DNA of 64,000 bases from Proteromonas lacertae. Lineage: Eukaryota. Shown piece after piece: positions 27,341 through 41,406 of the stretch. The first letter of the stretch is position 1; every line of letters begins with the position of its first letter. The stretch lies in NCBI GenBank assembly GCA_002245135.1, contig NGBS01000017.1:62001-126000 (forward strand), given 5' to 3'. Made by a program: the position numbers and the translations under genes. The notes below the pieces were generated by a model. That model worked only from the letters and a program-made list of their open reading frames with translations. It was not told the origin of the DNA and did not search any database.

Positions 27341-29464
27341 ATGATAATAAAAGTGAATAAAAGCATAAGAGAAGAGGGGTATATTTTGTATTTATTTTTA
27401 TGATAGATTATGTCGAAAATTGGTCGAAAGTGGTTTTGGTGATATAGAAGTGAAGATTGGAGATAATCGAATAATGTCAATCAAATCAATTTTAGTGAAT
27501 GGAAATGAAACTGTAAAGAAACTGTTATTAGATAGTGAGTTTGTTGGAGTTTTCGAGTTATATGAAGAAATCGAAGAAATTGGCTATTATGAGATGGAGA
27601 AATACTACAGTGGTGGTGAACTGATAATCTGTAAAGAGAGTGTATGTGAAGTGTTGATGTTTTGTTTATGTTATTGTGAAAAAGAGATAATAAATGATTG
27701 TTATGAATTTGTGAAGAATAATATGGATGAAGATGTATTAATGAAGTTAATTCATATCTGTAATGTATTTGGTGGATGTTTGAGAGAGATAGAAGACTTG
27801 AAAAATATGGAAATAGAAAAGCGAGGATATAAATATTTATATAAGAATGAATATTTGTTGAGATTAGAAATGAATAATTTGATAGAGATATTAAATATGA
27901 AAGATGTGATAATAGTGAATGAGTTATGGTTATTAAATCGATTATTAGAATGGTATAAATTCCAAAAGAATAAGAAAGATAATGAAGAGATAGAAGATGA
28001 TTTCAAGCAATTGATAGAAGAAGATATCGATTGTGAAAAGATAAAAGAGAAAGAGATGGAAAAAGAGAATAAAGAAATGTTGAAAGAAATGAAAATAGAA
28101 TTAAAGAAAAATGAATGTAAAAATCATATAGAATTATGTTTAATAAAAGATGAGATAATTCAAAATGTAATAATCAACAAATACAATGAAGATAAAGAAG
28201 AAGACTTTAATGAAGAAGAAAGAGGAATATTGGATAGAATGAAAGAAGAAGAATTGAATGATGAAATAATGTGTATATTAGAAATGAATAATATAAAAAT
28301 GACTGAAATAGTATTGATGATAATGAAATATAAAAATATGAAAATAGAAAGTATAAATACTAAAAATATATTTAAATAGAATATATCTCAAATATCAGAA
28401 AAGAGAAATCTATGTTAGATAGATTATGTATAGAATATAAAGATAATAAAAGAAATCGAACAATGAAATGTTTATGTTTATTTGTTGATGATGAAAAGAG
28501 TATTTCAATAATAGAAGAAATATGTGGAAAAGAGATTCTTTTTAGAATATTGAATGAAGATAATTATTTAAACTCCAAATCTAAAGAATTATTAATAGAA
28601 TATATAAAAGAGAATAAACTGAGTTTAGAAGAAGAAGAAGAAATGATAGAAATAATAAAAGATAAAGAATTATTGAAAGAAATAAAAACAAAAGAAATCA
28701 CATCATTTTCATATCCTCAATCAGAATATTCATTTGCTATTTATGAAGAAATATCAATAATTCCTTTATGTGATGGAAATCGATGTGAATTTTCAATAAA
28801 TCCTTCATTGCCAGATGGAATGATGATAGAAAAAGAGAGTGGAATAATTAATGGAAAAGTAGATAAAGTAATAGAAAAGAGAGAATATGAAATAAGTTGT
28901 AAGAATATTCGAAACGAAAAGAAAATCAAAATATCATTAGAATTTATTGATATAAAATTCACAGAATTAAACAAAAGTGATGGAATATCAATCTCAAACA
29001 ATGGAAAATTAATAACAAATATAAATGAAGATGGTTTTAATCATTGTTATTTAAATTTGAAAATGGAAAATGGAGTTTATCATATCAAATATAAATTTCA
29101 TCAAAATGGAAGTTATAATGATTGTATAATGTTAGGATTATCAACTAATAATACATATTCTGGTAATTATATTCATAATCAATCAACAACATGTAATTAT
29201 TATGCATTTGATGGCAAAAGTCAAGATATTAATAGATTTTGTCATATTGGAAGAGTTGTTAATAAAAATCCTCATTTCAATCAAGGAAGTGGTTCAATTA
29301 ATGAAGTGATTGTTAATATGAATAAAAGAGAATTTTGGATACGTCATAATAATTCATCTCCTGTTTTACTTGTTAAAGATTTACCTTCTCCATTATATCC
29401 ATATGCTGAGTTATATTATAATACAACTTCAATAGAATTATTATCAATTTCTTATCAAGTTTAA
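27341..29464 (+). CDS. BTB/BACK - putative Ig (He_PIG-like) - SPRY/B30.2 protein
   Basis: Introns 27379-27406 and 28351-28379 join the two ORFs in frame. BTB-like FGDIEVKIG..., BACK-like NELWLLNRLLEW, Ig-like FSINPSLPDGMMIEKESGIING, SPRY-like ISISNNGK...GVYHIK...IMLGL...LPSPLYPYAEL. Confidence 0.75.
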
Positions 29465-29760
29465 AATTTATAATTATCAATCACTATTCTTGTAATTTGA
29501 TTTTGTACTTACTTATGAGTAATACTATTATGTTATTTTCTTAATATGTTGTTTAGGATATAACAATATCAATATCATTATTGTCTTTCACATTATCACC
29601 TTTTTAATACATTACCTTTCACATTACCTTAAAATCAAATAGACTACTCAAATATACATTTCCTTATCAAATAATTATATTACTATTCATTCTTTATAAA
29701 AATTTACTTGAAAAATTAGAATCAAGCTTTTTAAATTGAATCAAGCCTACATAATATATA

Positions 29761-30826
29761 ATGAGTAATAAAGAAGAAACCACTACAATTTTAAATGAGA
29801 GTAACAATGCAAAATGTATATTTTTTAAGAAACGAAAGAAGGCAAATGATGGCAGTAACAAAAGAAAGAAGAATGAAGATGATGAAGAAGAAGCAGATAT
29901 ATCAATAGAGAAAATAGATTCAAAAAAACGAAGAGTATAAATGAAATATTTATGATGGTTAGATTAATACAATATCGACTGAATCAAAATTTCACCCTGA
30001 ACAAATAATAGAAGAGTATAAAATATGGAAATATATAAAATGGATAGTGATGAAATTGAATTTAAAAATCAAAATGCAATAGATTCAAATCGAAGTAAAG
30101 AATCAATAAAAGTAAGCAATGATTCAGTAGAAGAAAATAGAAGTGAAAAGTATATAAAGTCTATAATTTATAAAAATGAATAGTTCTGCATTATCCAAGT
30201 TCAACCAAATAAAGAAATTAAGTGAAAATACCACAAATGAAGAAGGTAAAAAACTATACAAAGGAGAAAAAGCATATCATCAATATATAAGTAAAAATGA
30301 AAATCAGATTCGAGCTAGTAAATACACAGGAACAATGGGTCCAGTAAACGCTCCAACGAATATTCGTGCAACAACTGTAATTGATTATGTTCAAGAATTA
30401 TGTCGTGATTATAAAGAAACTGGATATTGTACATTTGGTGATAGTTGTAAATTTATTCATGATCGAGGTGATTATAAAAGTGGTTGGGAATTAGATAAAG
30501 AATGGGAAGAGAAAGAAGAAAAGAAACGAAAAGCAATGTTAAGAGGTGAAGTTTATAACAGTGATGAAGAAGATAAAAAATATGAAATTGAAGATAGTTC
30601 TGATGAAGATGAGAATGATATTCCAAGTGTGTGTGGAATATGTGGTAAAGAATTAGTAAATGCTGTAATGACAAATTGTAAACATTATTTTTGTAGAAAT
30701 TGTGCATTGAAAAGATATAGTAAGAATAAAAGTTGTGGAGTTTGTGGTAAAGCTACTGATGGATCGTTTAATGTAGTTAAAGATATAATCGAATTAAGAA
30801 AACAAAGAATGAAAGATAATGAATAA
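29761..30826 (+). CDS. CWC24: Spliceosomal CCCH + RING protein Cwc24/RNF113
   Basis: GPVNAPTNIRAT..IDY..ELCRDYKETGYCTFGDSCKFIHDRGDYKSGWELD plus C-terminal RING. Three GT-AG introns upstream. Confidence 0.95.
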
Positions 30827-30956
30827 TTTTTAATAATATAATGTAGATTTAATCACAATTTCATATTTAGTTCTTATGCAAAGTGTAGAAGTTTCTGTTA
30901 TATTCATTGAATCCTCTTTCTTTTCCTTCTTTAGTTTATTTCTCAAGCTTTTTTCA

Positions 30957-33232
30957 CTAACTTGAGAATTTTCTAAGAATTTTCTTTATTATTTTCTTGT
31001 TAATTACATTTATACTATTATAAAACAATTTAAATAATCAAATAAGTAAGTTATAAACTAATTATTTAATTATTTCATACAAACAAACTATTCATTTTCT
31101 CTTCAATTTCTTTTATCTTCTCATTATCACATTTTACATTTTTATTCTTATTATTTACTGTATTTCTATTCAGTTTTCTAAAATTAAATATTTTGGAAAG
31201 AGAATCTTTTTTCATCTTTAATTCATTTCTTATCTCATTCCTTATTTCATTACCTATCTCCATCTTCAATCTTTTTATTTCTTCATCTTTCTCTTTCATC
31301 ATTATTTTCATATTATTCTCTTGATATTCATTCAATATATTAATATCTCGAATATGCTTATTTTCGATTGTTTCAATTCTTCTTTCATATTCAAACTTTA
31401 TTCTTTCTATATCACTTTCCATTAATAAATTCAAACTATCACTTAAAGTATTTATTTCATCATTATGCCTATTCTGAATTTCTTTCAATTCTTCTTTTAA
31501 TCTCTTCACTTTTTCTTGTAAATTGAATATCACTAAATTTCTACTATTTGACTCTAAAGAATTCCTTGATGTAAATGAAGGTGATAATAATCTTCGACTA
31601 GAAACAGATAGTGATGGTAATGTTGATATTGATCTACTTAATTGTGGAACACTTTGAATGCTTGAGTGTGATTTGGTCAATTGTGGAGGTGGTGTTGATG
31701 GAGGTGTTGATGCTTTTAATAATTGAATTTTTAGTTCATTTATTATACTTTTATATTTTTTACATTCTTTGCATTCTGTATTTAATAATGATGATGGTGT
31801 TGCTGCTGATAATTTGGTTTTTAATAACTTTTCATTCTCTTCTTTCAACTTTTCATTTTCATTCTTTTCTTTTTCTAATTCTTTCAATATTTCATCCATC
31901 TTCAATGCAAACTCAGTCTATATATATAAAGATATAAATTGTAATAATAAATACATTTATATTATTAGTAATATTGATAATCTCTTCTTCATAATTGTTT
32001 ATTTCATTTTCATGTGTTATTTCTATTTCTTCTTTTTCTTTTTCATGTTCTTCATTTATATCACTTAATTCTTTACTATGTTTTTCCTCTAATTCATAAA
32101 TCTTACTATTATATTCATCTATTTTTCTATTTAATTCTTTTTCTTTCAACATCTTTAAATTAGTCAATTCAATTTGATGTTCATGCTTCATTTCTTCTAT
32201 TTCACTTTTCATTGTTTTTATCTGATTCTCTAGAGATTGGATTTGAATATTTTTTGTATCAGTTGATTCAGTACTTAAACAAAATGATCCATTCAAAGAT
32301 ATCTAAATAATAATTATAATATATATATACTTCTTCTAACAAGTCTTTATCAATTACATCACTATCTCTTCTTATACTTTCATCTATTGTTTCATTTACA
32401 TCTTTGTTCATTTCATTTATCAAATCTTGATACTGTAACACATATGATTTATTCTCCATATTTTCAGTTATTAATTTATGATTCTCTACTTGTAAATTAG
32501 TTAATTCACTTTTGCATTTCTTTAAATCATCATGTAATTGTTTCATTTCACAATTGTATTTTATACAATTATTACATTGATATATATTATTATTATCACT
32601 ATAATTTTCAATAGAAGATTTATCAACTTCGAGTTGTACAGGAATAGATTGTAAAAGAATTATTTCACTTTTCAGTTTTTCATTTATTGATGATATTTCA
32701 TTATATTGATTTCTTATTACAGAAATTTCACTTTTCAATTCTTTAGTTTCATTTTCCAGAGTATCTCGATCACACAGTAGTTTATTGATTTTTTCATTGT
32801 AATTTGCCTATTATTGAAATTAAATTTGTCACAATATACTGTAATCTGAGTTATTGTTTGATTTACTCTATTAACATTCTCTTCTTGATCTCCTGCATAT
32901 AAACTCAATGAATTCATTTCATTTCTCATTCTAATATATGTATTTCGACAATTATAAAATATACTTCTGAACTTGTTTTCTATATTCATTACATGTAATA
33001 TTAAGTTCTTGATTTGTTTCTTGAAGAGTAGCTATGTCTGATCTGAGTTGATCTACTTCCTAAATGGTTTATAAATTACATTCTATACTTCTTTCAGTGC
33101 ACTATTCTCTTCTAGCAATAATGAACCCATATTTGCTGCTATTAACAAGTCATTTTGCAATTGATCATAATCGTCTAAAGAATCTATCAATAGAAACTTC
33201 ATACCATCCTGCGATTCCATACTTTCATCCAT
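30957..33232 (-). CDS. Long coiled-coil protein with CC1-box (AAxxG) motif, dynein-adaptor-like
   Basis: N-terminus DLLIAANMGSLLLEENSALKE followed by spliced coiled-coil ORFs. The 3' end is uncertain (30957 via an intron, or 31075). Confidence 0.6.
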
Positions 33233-33488
33233 TTTGTGTGTATTGTGTTTATTATATGTGTAAGTCAGTTACAAAATTGAAAAAATGTTTTATTGTTTAT
33301 CAATTCATATCCTCATATATAGCTAATAGACCACAATAAAACTATACAATTTACGAATGAGAAAAGGAAATACATCATTCAAAGCTAAGCAACACAGATT
33401 GACTCAAATAACCTGCAAAAGAGAATTTTATGAATAATAAAAACACAAAAAACAATGATATAGTAATTACCAATAATAGAATCACCAT

Positions 33489-36400
33489 TTAATTAAGTGT
33501 AATCGTCCAATCTTCAGTAATTAAGCAATCTGGCTTTCTAATAGTCAGTACATTCCTAGCAGAATCATATGTCTTAGTCAATTCTCTTTCACCATCTTTA
33601 TCAACAATTTTAATCACATCACTATCTTTGTAATTCAAAATCACTATTCTTTCAACCTTATTAATAGCTTTATAAACACCGTTATTATCAATAACTTTAG
33701 ATTCAATCACTCCATTATTAAAGCTAATTTCTCTAAAACAAAACATATTCTTCTTCTCATAATCAAAGGTGACAGTATCATCAATATATATTTTACCTTT
33801 AGCAATATTATTATTCTTATTAACAGCAATAATCAAAGTGTAAGGATCATTAATCATCTGTGTAGAAGATCTCCTAATTCTCATTTGTAATGGAATAATA
33901 GAACCACTTCTTTGATACACAGGAATCTTATCTAGTGGAACATCTACTCTGTTCATTCCTTTAGTATAGACATTATTATAATCATAAAAATCAAACCATT
34001 GCTCGTTGCTTTCAGGGAAATATACATCCGTTTCTCTAGCACCATCTTTCACTATTGGATGGACTAATATATTATCACCGACTAAGTATTCATCTTGAGT
34101 TGTATAACTCTTTAAATCTTGTGGATAATTCATCCATAATGACTTAATAACTGGTTCACCATGACGATTACTTTGTGCAAATAGCGTATACCAATATGGT
34201 AATATTTGATATCTTCTATTTACAGCAATTCTAGTCAAATTCAACGCTTCTTCTCCCATTAAATAAGGTTCTCTTCTTGGACTATCTAAATGAGCATGTG
34301 CTCTAAAGAATGGCATCCAACTACCTATCTGATATCCTCTTATAAATAACTCTACACTTGGTGAATGGAAGAAACCAGGAATATCAGAACCATAGAAACT
34401 TAATGATGATGTACTCATTGATAATAACTCATACATTGCATTCTCTAAGTGCTCGAATTGACAAGGTGTATCTCCATTCCAAACAGCACTTAATCTTTGA
34501 GAACCTGCATAGAATGATCTAGTTAATATAAATGGTCTTTGGTTCTTATCATTATCACGATCTATTAATCCTTTAATACATGATTTAGTATAATAAAATC
34601 CATTCACATTATGCCAATATCGATGTTCAACATTATCATAACCAACACAATCTTTAGGCATTGTTACTTCAGGACCATTAAATACTGATGGTTCATTCAT
34701 ATCATTCCATATATGAAGTGAAGGAGTAGTACCTTCATAATTATCATAACTAAATCGACTAGCCCAAAAATCACTAGCTTCAGGATTACGATGATCCATA
34801 TAATGACTAGTTCCAGGCCAACAATGCCCTTCATAGATACTACCACTGGAAGTACGAACTAAGAGATTCTTCTCTTTAGCTAATCGATCTACTTCATAAC
34901 TATCATCTTTACGAATATGTGGATCTACAATATTAACCATTCTATGACCTCTTTCCCATAATTTATCTAACATTTCTTTAGGATTTGGGAAGGCTTGACG
35001 ATTGTAAGTGAAATATCTTTTACCATCAGTATGTTCAATATCTAACCATATTACATCATAAGGAAAGTTATTATCTTCAAATGATTTATCAACTTGTAAA
35101 ACATCATCTTGACTATTATAATTCCATCGACTCTATAAATATATAAATAATTATTAATATATATATACTTGATGATATCCTAAACTGAATAATGGTGGTA
35201 AGATTGATCTACCAGTAATATCAGTATATTGTGTATAAATATCCTCCAATATAGTACCTGGGAATATAAACAAATCAATAACACCAGCCTCACTCATCCA
35301 ATAACTTTCACTTTTGCCATTTGGATCAGCTTCACCAATATCTATGAATGTCTCTGTTGGATTATGCCAAAATATTGCACTTGCGCCTTCTAAACCTGGT
35401 CCAATTAAGAATGGAATGTTTCCATATAATGCCATTGGTTCATTTAATTCAAATTCAAATACATCCAAATTATACATTCTATAAGGTTGATCATATCCAT
35501 TGTTGTTGTTACCCACGAAGGTTGGTTTTAAGATGTAATCTGTAGCGTGCTCTGGAATACCGTATAACTTTTGAGCAGAGAAGAATTCAATATCCATTCC
35601 AACACTCTATAAAGAATATATATAAAATCAAAAAATGATTAAAAAAGAATATAAAATGAAAATATAAGGTGATTTCAATATATATACTTGTGGTCCATGT
35701 TTCTTAGTATCAGTATGACCTCCCCAACTTTCTTCCCACATATCAACATCAGCATCACCATTATTAACATTAACATTATTATTATTATCATTATTTCTAT
35801 TAATTTTACCTACACTTCCATCTTCATAGATTGCTTCACCTGCTTCATTGTAATCTACAATCTTCTTACCATTGTTTGGATCGATATTCTCTTGATTTTG
35901 CTGTTGTTGGTCATTAGTGATGGTTGGACTGTCTTTTGTTCGTGTATATTCGAAATAGAATTTATTATTGTGATTTCCACCGACTCTTGGTTTGCCATCT
36001 ACATACACTGTAAATGAGAATGGAGCGACTGTTAAGCCAACAATTACTTTACCTCCTGCTGATAAGTAGACAGTGTTTTTGGTAATTTCTATTCCTGCAG
36101 CTTTAGCTTCTGATTCGGAGATGTTTTTGGCTTGAATTTCAGTTAATTGATCTTTTAATAATATTTCTTGATCTTCCCATCTTGCTTCTCCATTTAATGG
36201 ATCTTTTTCTAAAATTCTTGTTCTTAAAGCACCATTCTTTAAGAAATGAAGAGAAAAGAGTAATGGAACACATTTAGGTCCTTGAGGATGTAATTCTGCT
36301 TCAATGTATGTACCTTGTGGTTTTATTGTTTCACCATCAACAACATACTATAACATAGTAAAAATCAATAAATACGTAACATGGTGGTGCAATAGTTCTG

Positions 36401-36513
36401 TGACGTTTACAAAATCCAGTTTGATCGCATCTTCTAAACTTTCCGTGATCAACTGCAAAAGTGACGCTTAGGAATAAAGCAAGAACAATTGAAAATCCTT
36501 GTTTAAACATCAT
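33489..36513 (-). CDS. GANAB: Glucosidase II alpha subunit (GH31)
   Basis: Signal peptide + AVDHGKFRRCDQTGFCKR, YGIPEHA, YRMYNLDVFE, WLDIEHTDGK, WNDMNEPSVFNGPE, FFRAHAHLD. Confidence 0.95.
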
Positions 36514-36657
36514 TTCTTATCCTATACAATACAAATAATAACATTATTGAATATTTATAATAGATGAATCTATACTTTGAATGAAAGGAAGTTTCAAGAA
36601 AAAAATGATGGCTTGAATACTCAAACCAAGTTTTATTTTTTAAATCTATTTTTAAGA
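36514..36657. promoter_or_regulatory. 144-bp divergent promoter shared by glucosidase II alpha and ITPK1
   Basis: Head-to-head ATGs. Contains GGCTTGA-n4-TCAAACC (36610-36627). Confidence 0.55.
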
Positions 36658-37759
36658 ATGTTACGAATAGGATATCTTTTCTCAGACAAAAAATGTAAAA
36701 GTCTCAGTATGATATTTGCTTGTTTTATCATTTAGAAGTTCACAATTTCCCTGAAAACAATTATGGCATTGAATTCTTTAGAATAGATCCATTTAAACCT
36801 TTGAGTGAATATGGACACATGGATGCAATTGTTCATAAATGCAGGTATTGCCTTAGACTCTGATTTTTATAATAGTGACTTTCTTGTAGCAACTGAGGAT
36901 GATGAATATTCAAAAAAAGGATTGGAAATGTTAGAAGATATATACGCAAATCATCCAGAAATCCCAATAATAGATTCCTTTTCAAGTTATAAAAACATAC
37001 TAACAAGAGGTCAAATCATATCTCAACTGCAAAAAGCAATTTCAACACTTCCAAAAGATTTTCCAATAACTATAAAGTGTCCAGAATCAATCAGTATTGA
37101 AGAAGGTAAAGATATACAACAAGAAGTATCAAATTCAAGTATTATCTTCATTATGATATATATATTATATAAATTAATAGAATTAAAGTATCCATTTCTT
37201 CACAAACCATGGATTGGAACTGGTAAACCGATATATCATTTAATCACAATGGTATGTAATGAAACTGCTATAAAGGATTTATCTACACCCTGTCTATGTG
37301 AAGAATTCATTAATCATGATGGTATTCTCTATAAATTATATGCTTTGGGAAATGATGTATATTTATTTAAAATTATTATATATTATATATTATTTGTAAT
37401 AGGTTCAATTGTTTATTAGACCATCTTTACCCAATGTGATTAGTGAACATATTAAATTTGATCATTTCGTTCTAACCTCTGCGAAACAAATGCCAGAAAC
37501 ATATTGTGATGTAAAAGGCAAAGAGTGTGAAAAATGTAATCCAAAAGTTAATCCAAATCCACCAGCTATGGATATGTTAAATCAATTTATAAAACATGTA
37601 AGGAATGTATTGGATATGGATTTATTTGGCTTAGATATGATTTATAATAAAGAAAGTGATTGTTATTATATATTTGATATAAACCCATTTCCTTCTTTTA
37701 CTGAGTATGATGATTTTATGAAATCGTATTGTGACTATTTAAAAGATAAGATAAATTAA
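36658..37759 (+). CDS. ITPK1: Inositol-tetrakisphosphate 1-kinase (ATP-grasp)
   Basis: DAIVHK, YPFLHKP, EEFINHDGILYKLY, RPSLPN, LFGLDMI, FDINPFPSF. Four GT-AG introns. Confidence 0.88.
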
Positions 37760-38083
37760 TGAATTTATGAATATTTATTTATTGGTTAATTTATAATGAG
37801 TGTTTCATTATTTTTTCTGTATAAAGTGAGGGGGAAATGCTAAAGAAAGTCATTAGAATATACAGGATTTGTTAAATGAATTGGATAACAATAAATAATG
37901 TTTCTGTTAATGATTTTATTAATTATTTGTTTAACACTTTGATTATTTGTTTATATTAGTGAATTTACCTTGCTTATTGTCTATATTAAGCGATTTTTTT
38001 GTTTTTCTTATTTTTCAACTTGAAGAGGCTTGTTCATATTAAAATTACAAGCCAAATAAATTTCTCATTTTCATTTATCAATT

Positions 38084-39518
38084 ATGAATTGTATTCATTA
38101 TTGTAATGCTTTAAAATAGTTTTATCCAAACAAATGCTGATAGTTGTAGCTAGTGGAACAGTCGTAATTGGTTTAGGAACGTATTTTTTTAATTCTATTA
38201 CTAGCCTATTATATCGTAATTACAACAAATCAAGAAAGGAAAATTTTGGATTAAATCTATCTAAAGGAAGAAAGTATTTAAGGGAAGTATATTTTATAAA
38301 AATTACAGTTTAGGGGAATTATGAAGAAGCAATTCAGTATTTAAAGAATAGTCTAAAGTATGCATATAATGGTGAACAAAAATATTTTACCAATTATTTT
38401 GTTGGCAGTTGTTATGTAGAAATTGTATAACATTTACATCATTGAATGATTAATCATAGAAACAATATAATGAAGCAATTCTGTTCTTCAAATCTTCATT
38501 AAAATATACCTCAACTATACAACAGAAATATGAAATAAATGACAATATTGGAAGATGTTATGTTGAAATGGTATTGAATAATAATAATTCTTATATTTTA
38601 TAGAAAGAATATCAAAATGCAATTCCCTATTTCAAATGTTGTTTAGAATGTTCTGTGATCAATATACAAAAGTGTATAGATAATTACAATATAGGAATGT
38701 GTTATTTTGATATGGTATTATTGTTATTATTAATAATTTCTAGAAACAATACAATGAAGCAATTCCATTCTTTGAATCTTCTCTAGACTATTCTCCATTA
38801 AATAGAAGCAAAATATATTTATATATTGGACTATGTTACTCTGGAATTGTATAAATTTATATTATTATTTATAATAATAAGAATAAATGCAAAGAAGCGA
38901 TTTTATCCTTTAAAAAGTCTTTAGAATATTCATCAACAAAAGCTGAGAAATACAAAATATGTAATTATGCTGGTGTTAGTTTGACTATGATAGTAAGTCA
39001 TAAACAGTTATTATTTTATAGAATGAATATAAAGAAACAGCAAATTTTTATAAAATTGCTTTAGAAAATACATCAAAAGATTCAGAAAAATATAATGTAA
39101 ATTATCTTTTAGGTTTTTCATATTTTGGAGCAGTATAAAATACTTTTATTATCTTTATGAATAGAAAGAATATGAAGAAGCGATTCATTATTTTAATCAA
39201 TCAATTAATAATTCAGTGATTGAAAAGGGTAATACTGCATCATATTCATTTATTGCTGAATGTTATTTAAATTTAAACAACAAAGAGAAGTGTTTGGAAT
39301 ATTTGAATAAATCAAAAGAATATTCTAAAACAGATAATTCAAATTATTACTTATATAAAGTATTTGGAGAATATTATATAGAAAATGTATTTTTTTAATA
39401 CTGATTTAATTCAATAGAATGAAAATAAAAAGCTAGAGAAATGTTAGAAAAAGCTTTGCAATTAGTTCCTGGTGATGCAGACAAAGAAGAAATACAGAAT
39501 ATGATAGATAACATCTAA
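38084..39518 (+). CDS. N-terminally membrane-anchored TPR-repeat protein A (one repeat per exon)
   Basis: MNFLSKQMLIVVASGTVVIGLG TM segment. Phase-0 exons 38314-38424, 38460-38570, 38604-38714, 38744-38848, 38882-38992, 39022-39132, 39165-39386, each KxYxEAIxxFxxSLxY...IGxCY. The last exon needs one extra A at ~39430. Confidence 0.85.
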
Positions 39519-39650
39519 ATTTTATATACTAAATCCTTTATTTATTGATTATATGGTGTTTATTTCAATAATTTATGAATAGAGATTTGATATAGTTTGT
39601 TCAAAAAGAAATTTCAAGCCAAACTTATTAGAGATCTTTATTCATCGATT

Positions 39651-41373
39651 ATGCCTTGTATTGAATGTTATTATACTTTGTACTAGTACCAAGCAAAGAA
39701 ATAATGATAGCTGTAGCAGGTGGTGCAGTAGTTTTTTATTACAGTCTGTATTACTTTTTGTATAAGTAAATAGGGTTATGTACAGAAAATATAAATTCAA
39801 TTCAAGTTATAAAGCTGCTCATGGTTATTTTAGTAATGTATACTTTGTATTATGATGTGTAGGGAAAATTCAATGAAGCAATTCCGTTACTTAGATCTGC
39901 ATTACAGTATGCATCATCAAACGAAGATAAATACAATTCAAGTGTAGGACTTGGATTGTCTCTTTCCAATATCGTATTATTTATTTAAATAATTGTTAAT
40001 TATAAACTTATAGGGAAAATACGATGAAGGAATTATAGTCTTAAAATGTACATTAGAGTATGCAACAACAAACGATAAAAAATATGAAGTAAATACTATT
40101 ATTGCTAAACGTTTTATTGAAATGGTATATCTTTCTTTCTTTTCAATAATAATTATAATTTTTTATAGAGAAATTTCAATGAAGCAATAAAGTGGTTTAA
40201 ATTAGCCTTAGAATTTGCACAAACAAATAATAAGAAGCGTATGATAATGATAATATTAGTGTTTGCTATTTACAATTATCAAACTATAAAGAAGCTATAC
40301 CTTTCTTAAAATCAGCAGTAGAATACTGCTCAGCAGATGAAGATAAATATGAATCAATGAAAGACTTAACTTATTGTTATTTAAAAACTGTACAAATATT
40401 TCGAATTAAAATAATATAATTTATAATAATATATAACAAATAGAAACAATACAATGATGCTATGGAAGTATATCAATCTGTTTTGAAATATGCAACAACA
40501 AATGAAAAGAAATATCAACTAAATACAATGGTTGGTGAATGTTATTTTGAATTGGTATATTCTATAATAATAATAATAATAGAAAAAATGCAATGAAGCT
40601 GTTCTTTTATTTAAATCAAACTTAGATTATATCTCCACAAATAATGAAAGATTTCAAACAAATAAAAATATTGGAATGTGTTGTTGGGAATTAGTATAAT
40701 AATAATTATAATTATTGTTATTGTATTATATAGGGTAATTACAAAGAAGGTATAACATACTTGAAGACTGCAATAAAATATGCATCAACAAATAAAGACA
40801 AATTCATTATCAATCATGGTATTGCTAAAAGTTTAACTAGGATTGTATAAGATGAAATATTATATAATATTATTAGGGAGAACATAAAGAAGCAATTAGT
40901 TTCTATAAAGCTGTAATAGAAAGTGTACAATGTGAAGAAGAAAAGAAGGTTATGTATTTTGCTATAGGTTGTTTATATATGAAGATTGTATAAGTAAAAA
41001 TTATAATAATGAATAGAAAGAAAGTGATAAAGCTATTAACTATTTAAACAAATCATATAGTTCAGAAGAAGTTGAAAGAGGTAATACTTCTTGCTTTTCT
41101 TTAACTGCTGAATGTTATTTATACAAAGGTGATAAACAGAAATGTTTAGAATATTTGAATAAAGCAAAAGAAAATTCTAGAACTGATTTATCTAATTATT
41201 ATTTATATAAAATATTTGGAGAATACTACTTAGAGATTGTATAAATATTTAGTATTTATACTATGTTATAGAAAGATAAAGAGAAAGCTAGAGAAATGTT
41301 AGAAAAAGCCTTAGTCTATACATCCTATCCTCCATTTAAAGAAGAAATACAGAATATTTTTAATAGAATTTAA
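39651..41373 (+). CDS. N-terminally membrane-anchored TPR-repeat protein B (tandem paralog, absent from ORF track)
   Basis: MPLPSKEIMIAVAGGAVVFYYSLVMYRKYK. Exons 39863-39973, 40014-40124, 40169-40389 (221 nt, one base short), 40444-40554, 40583-40693, 40734-40844, 40877-40987, 41017-41238, 41272-41373. Confidence 0.85.
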
Positions 41374-41406
41374 GTTATTTAAATGAAAGAGAGTGTGGAG
41401 AATTTG

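Noticed and set aside
38300..41373. Regularly spaced repeats as a CRISPR-like array
   Set aside because: The periodicity is exon plus intron of TPR genes. The repeats are degenerate and protein-coding.
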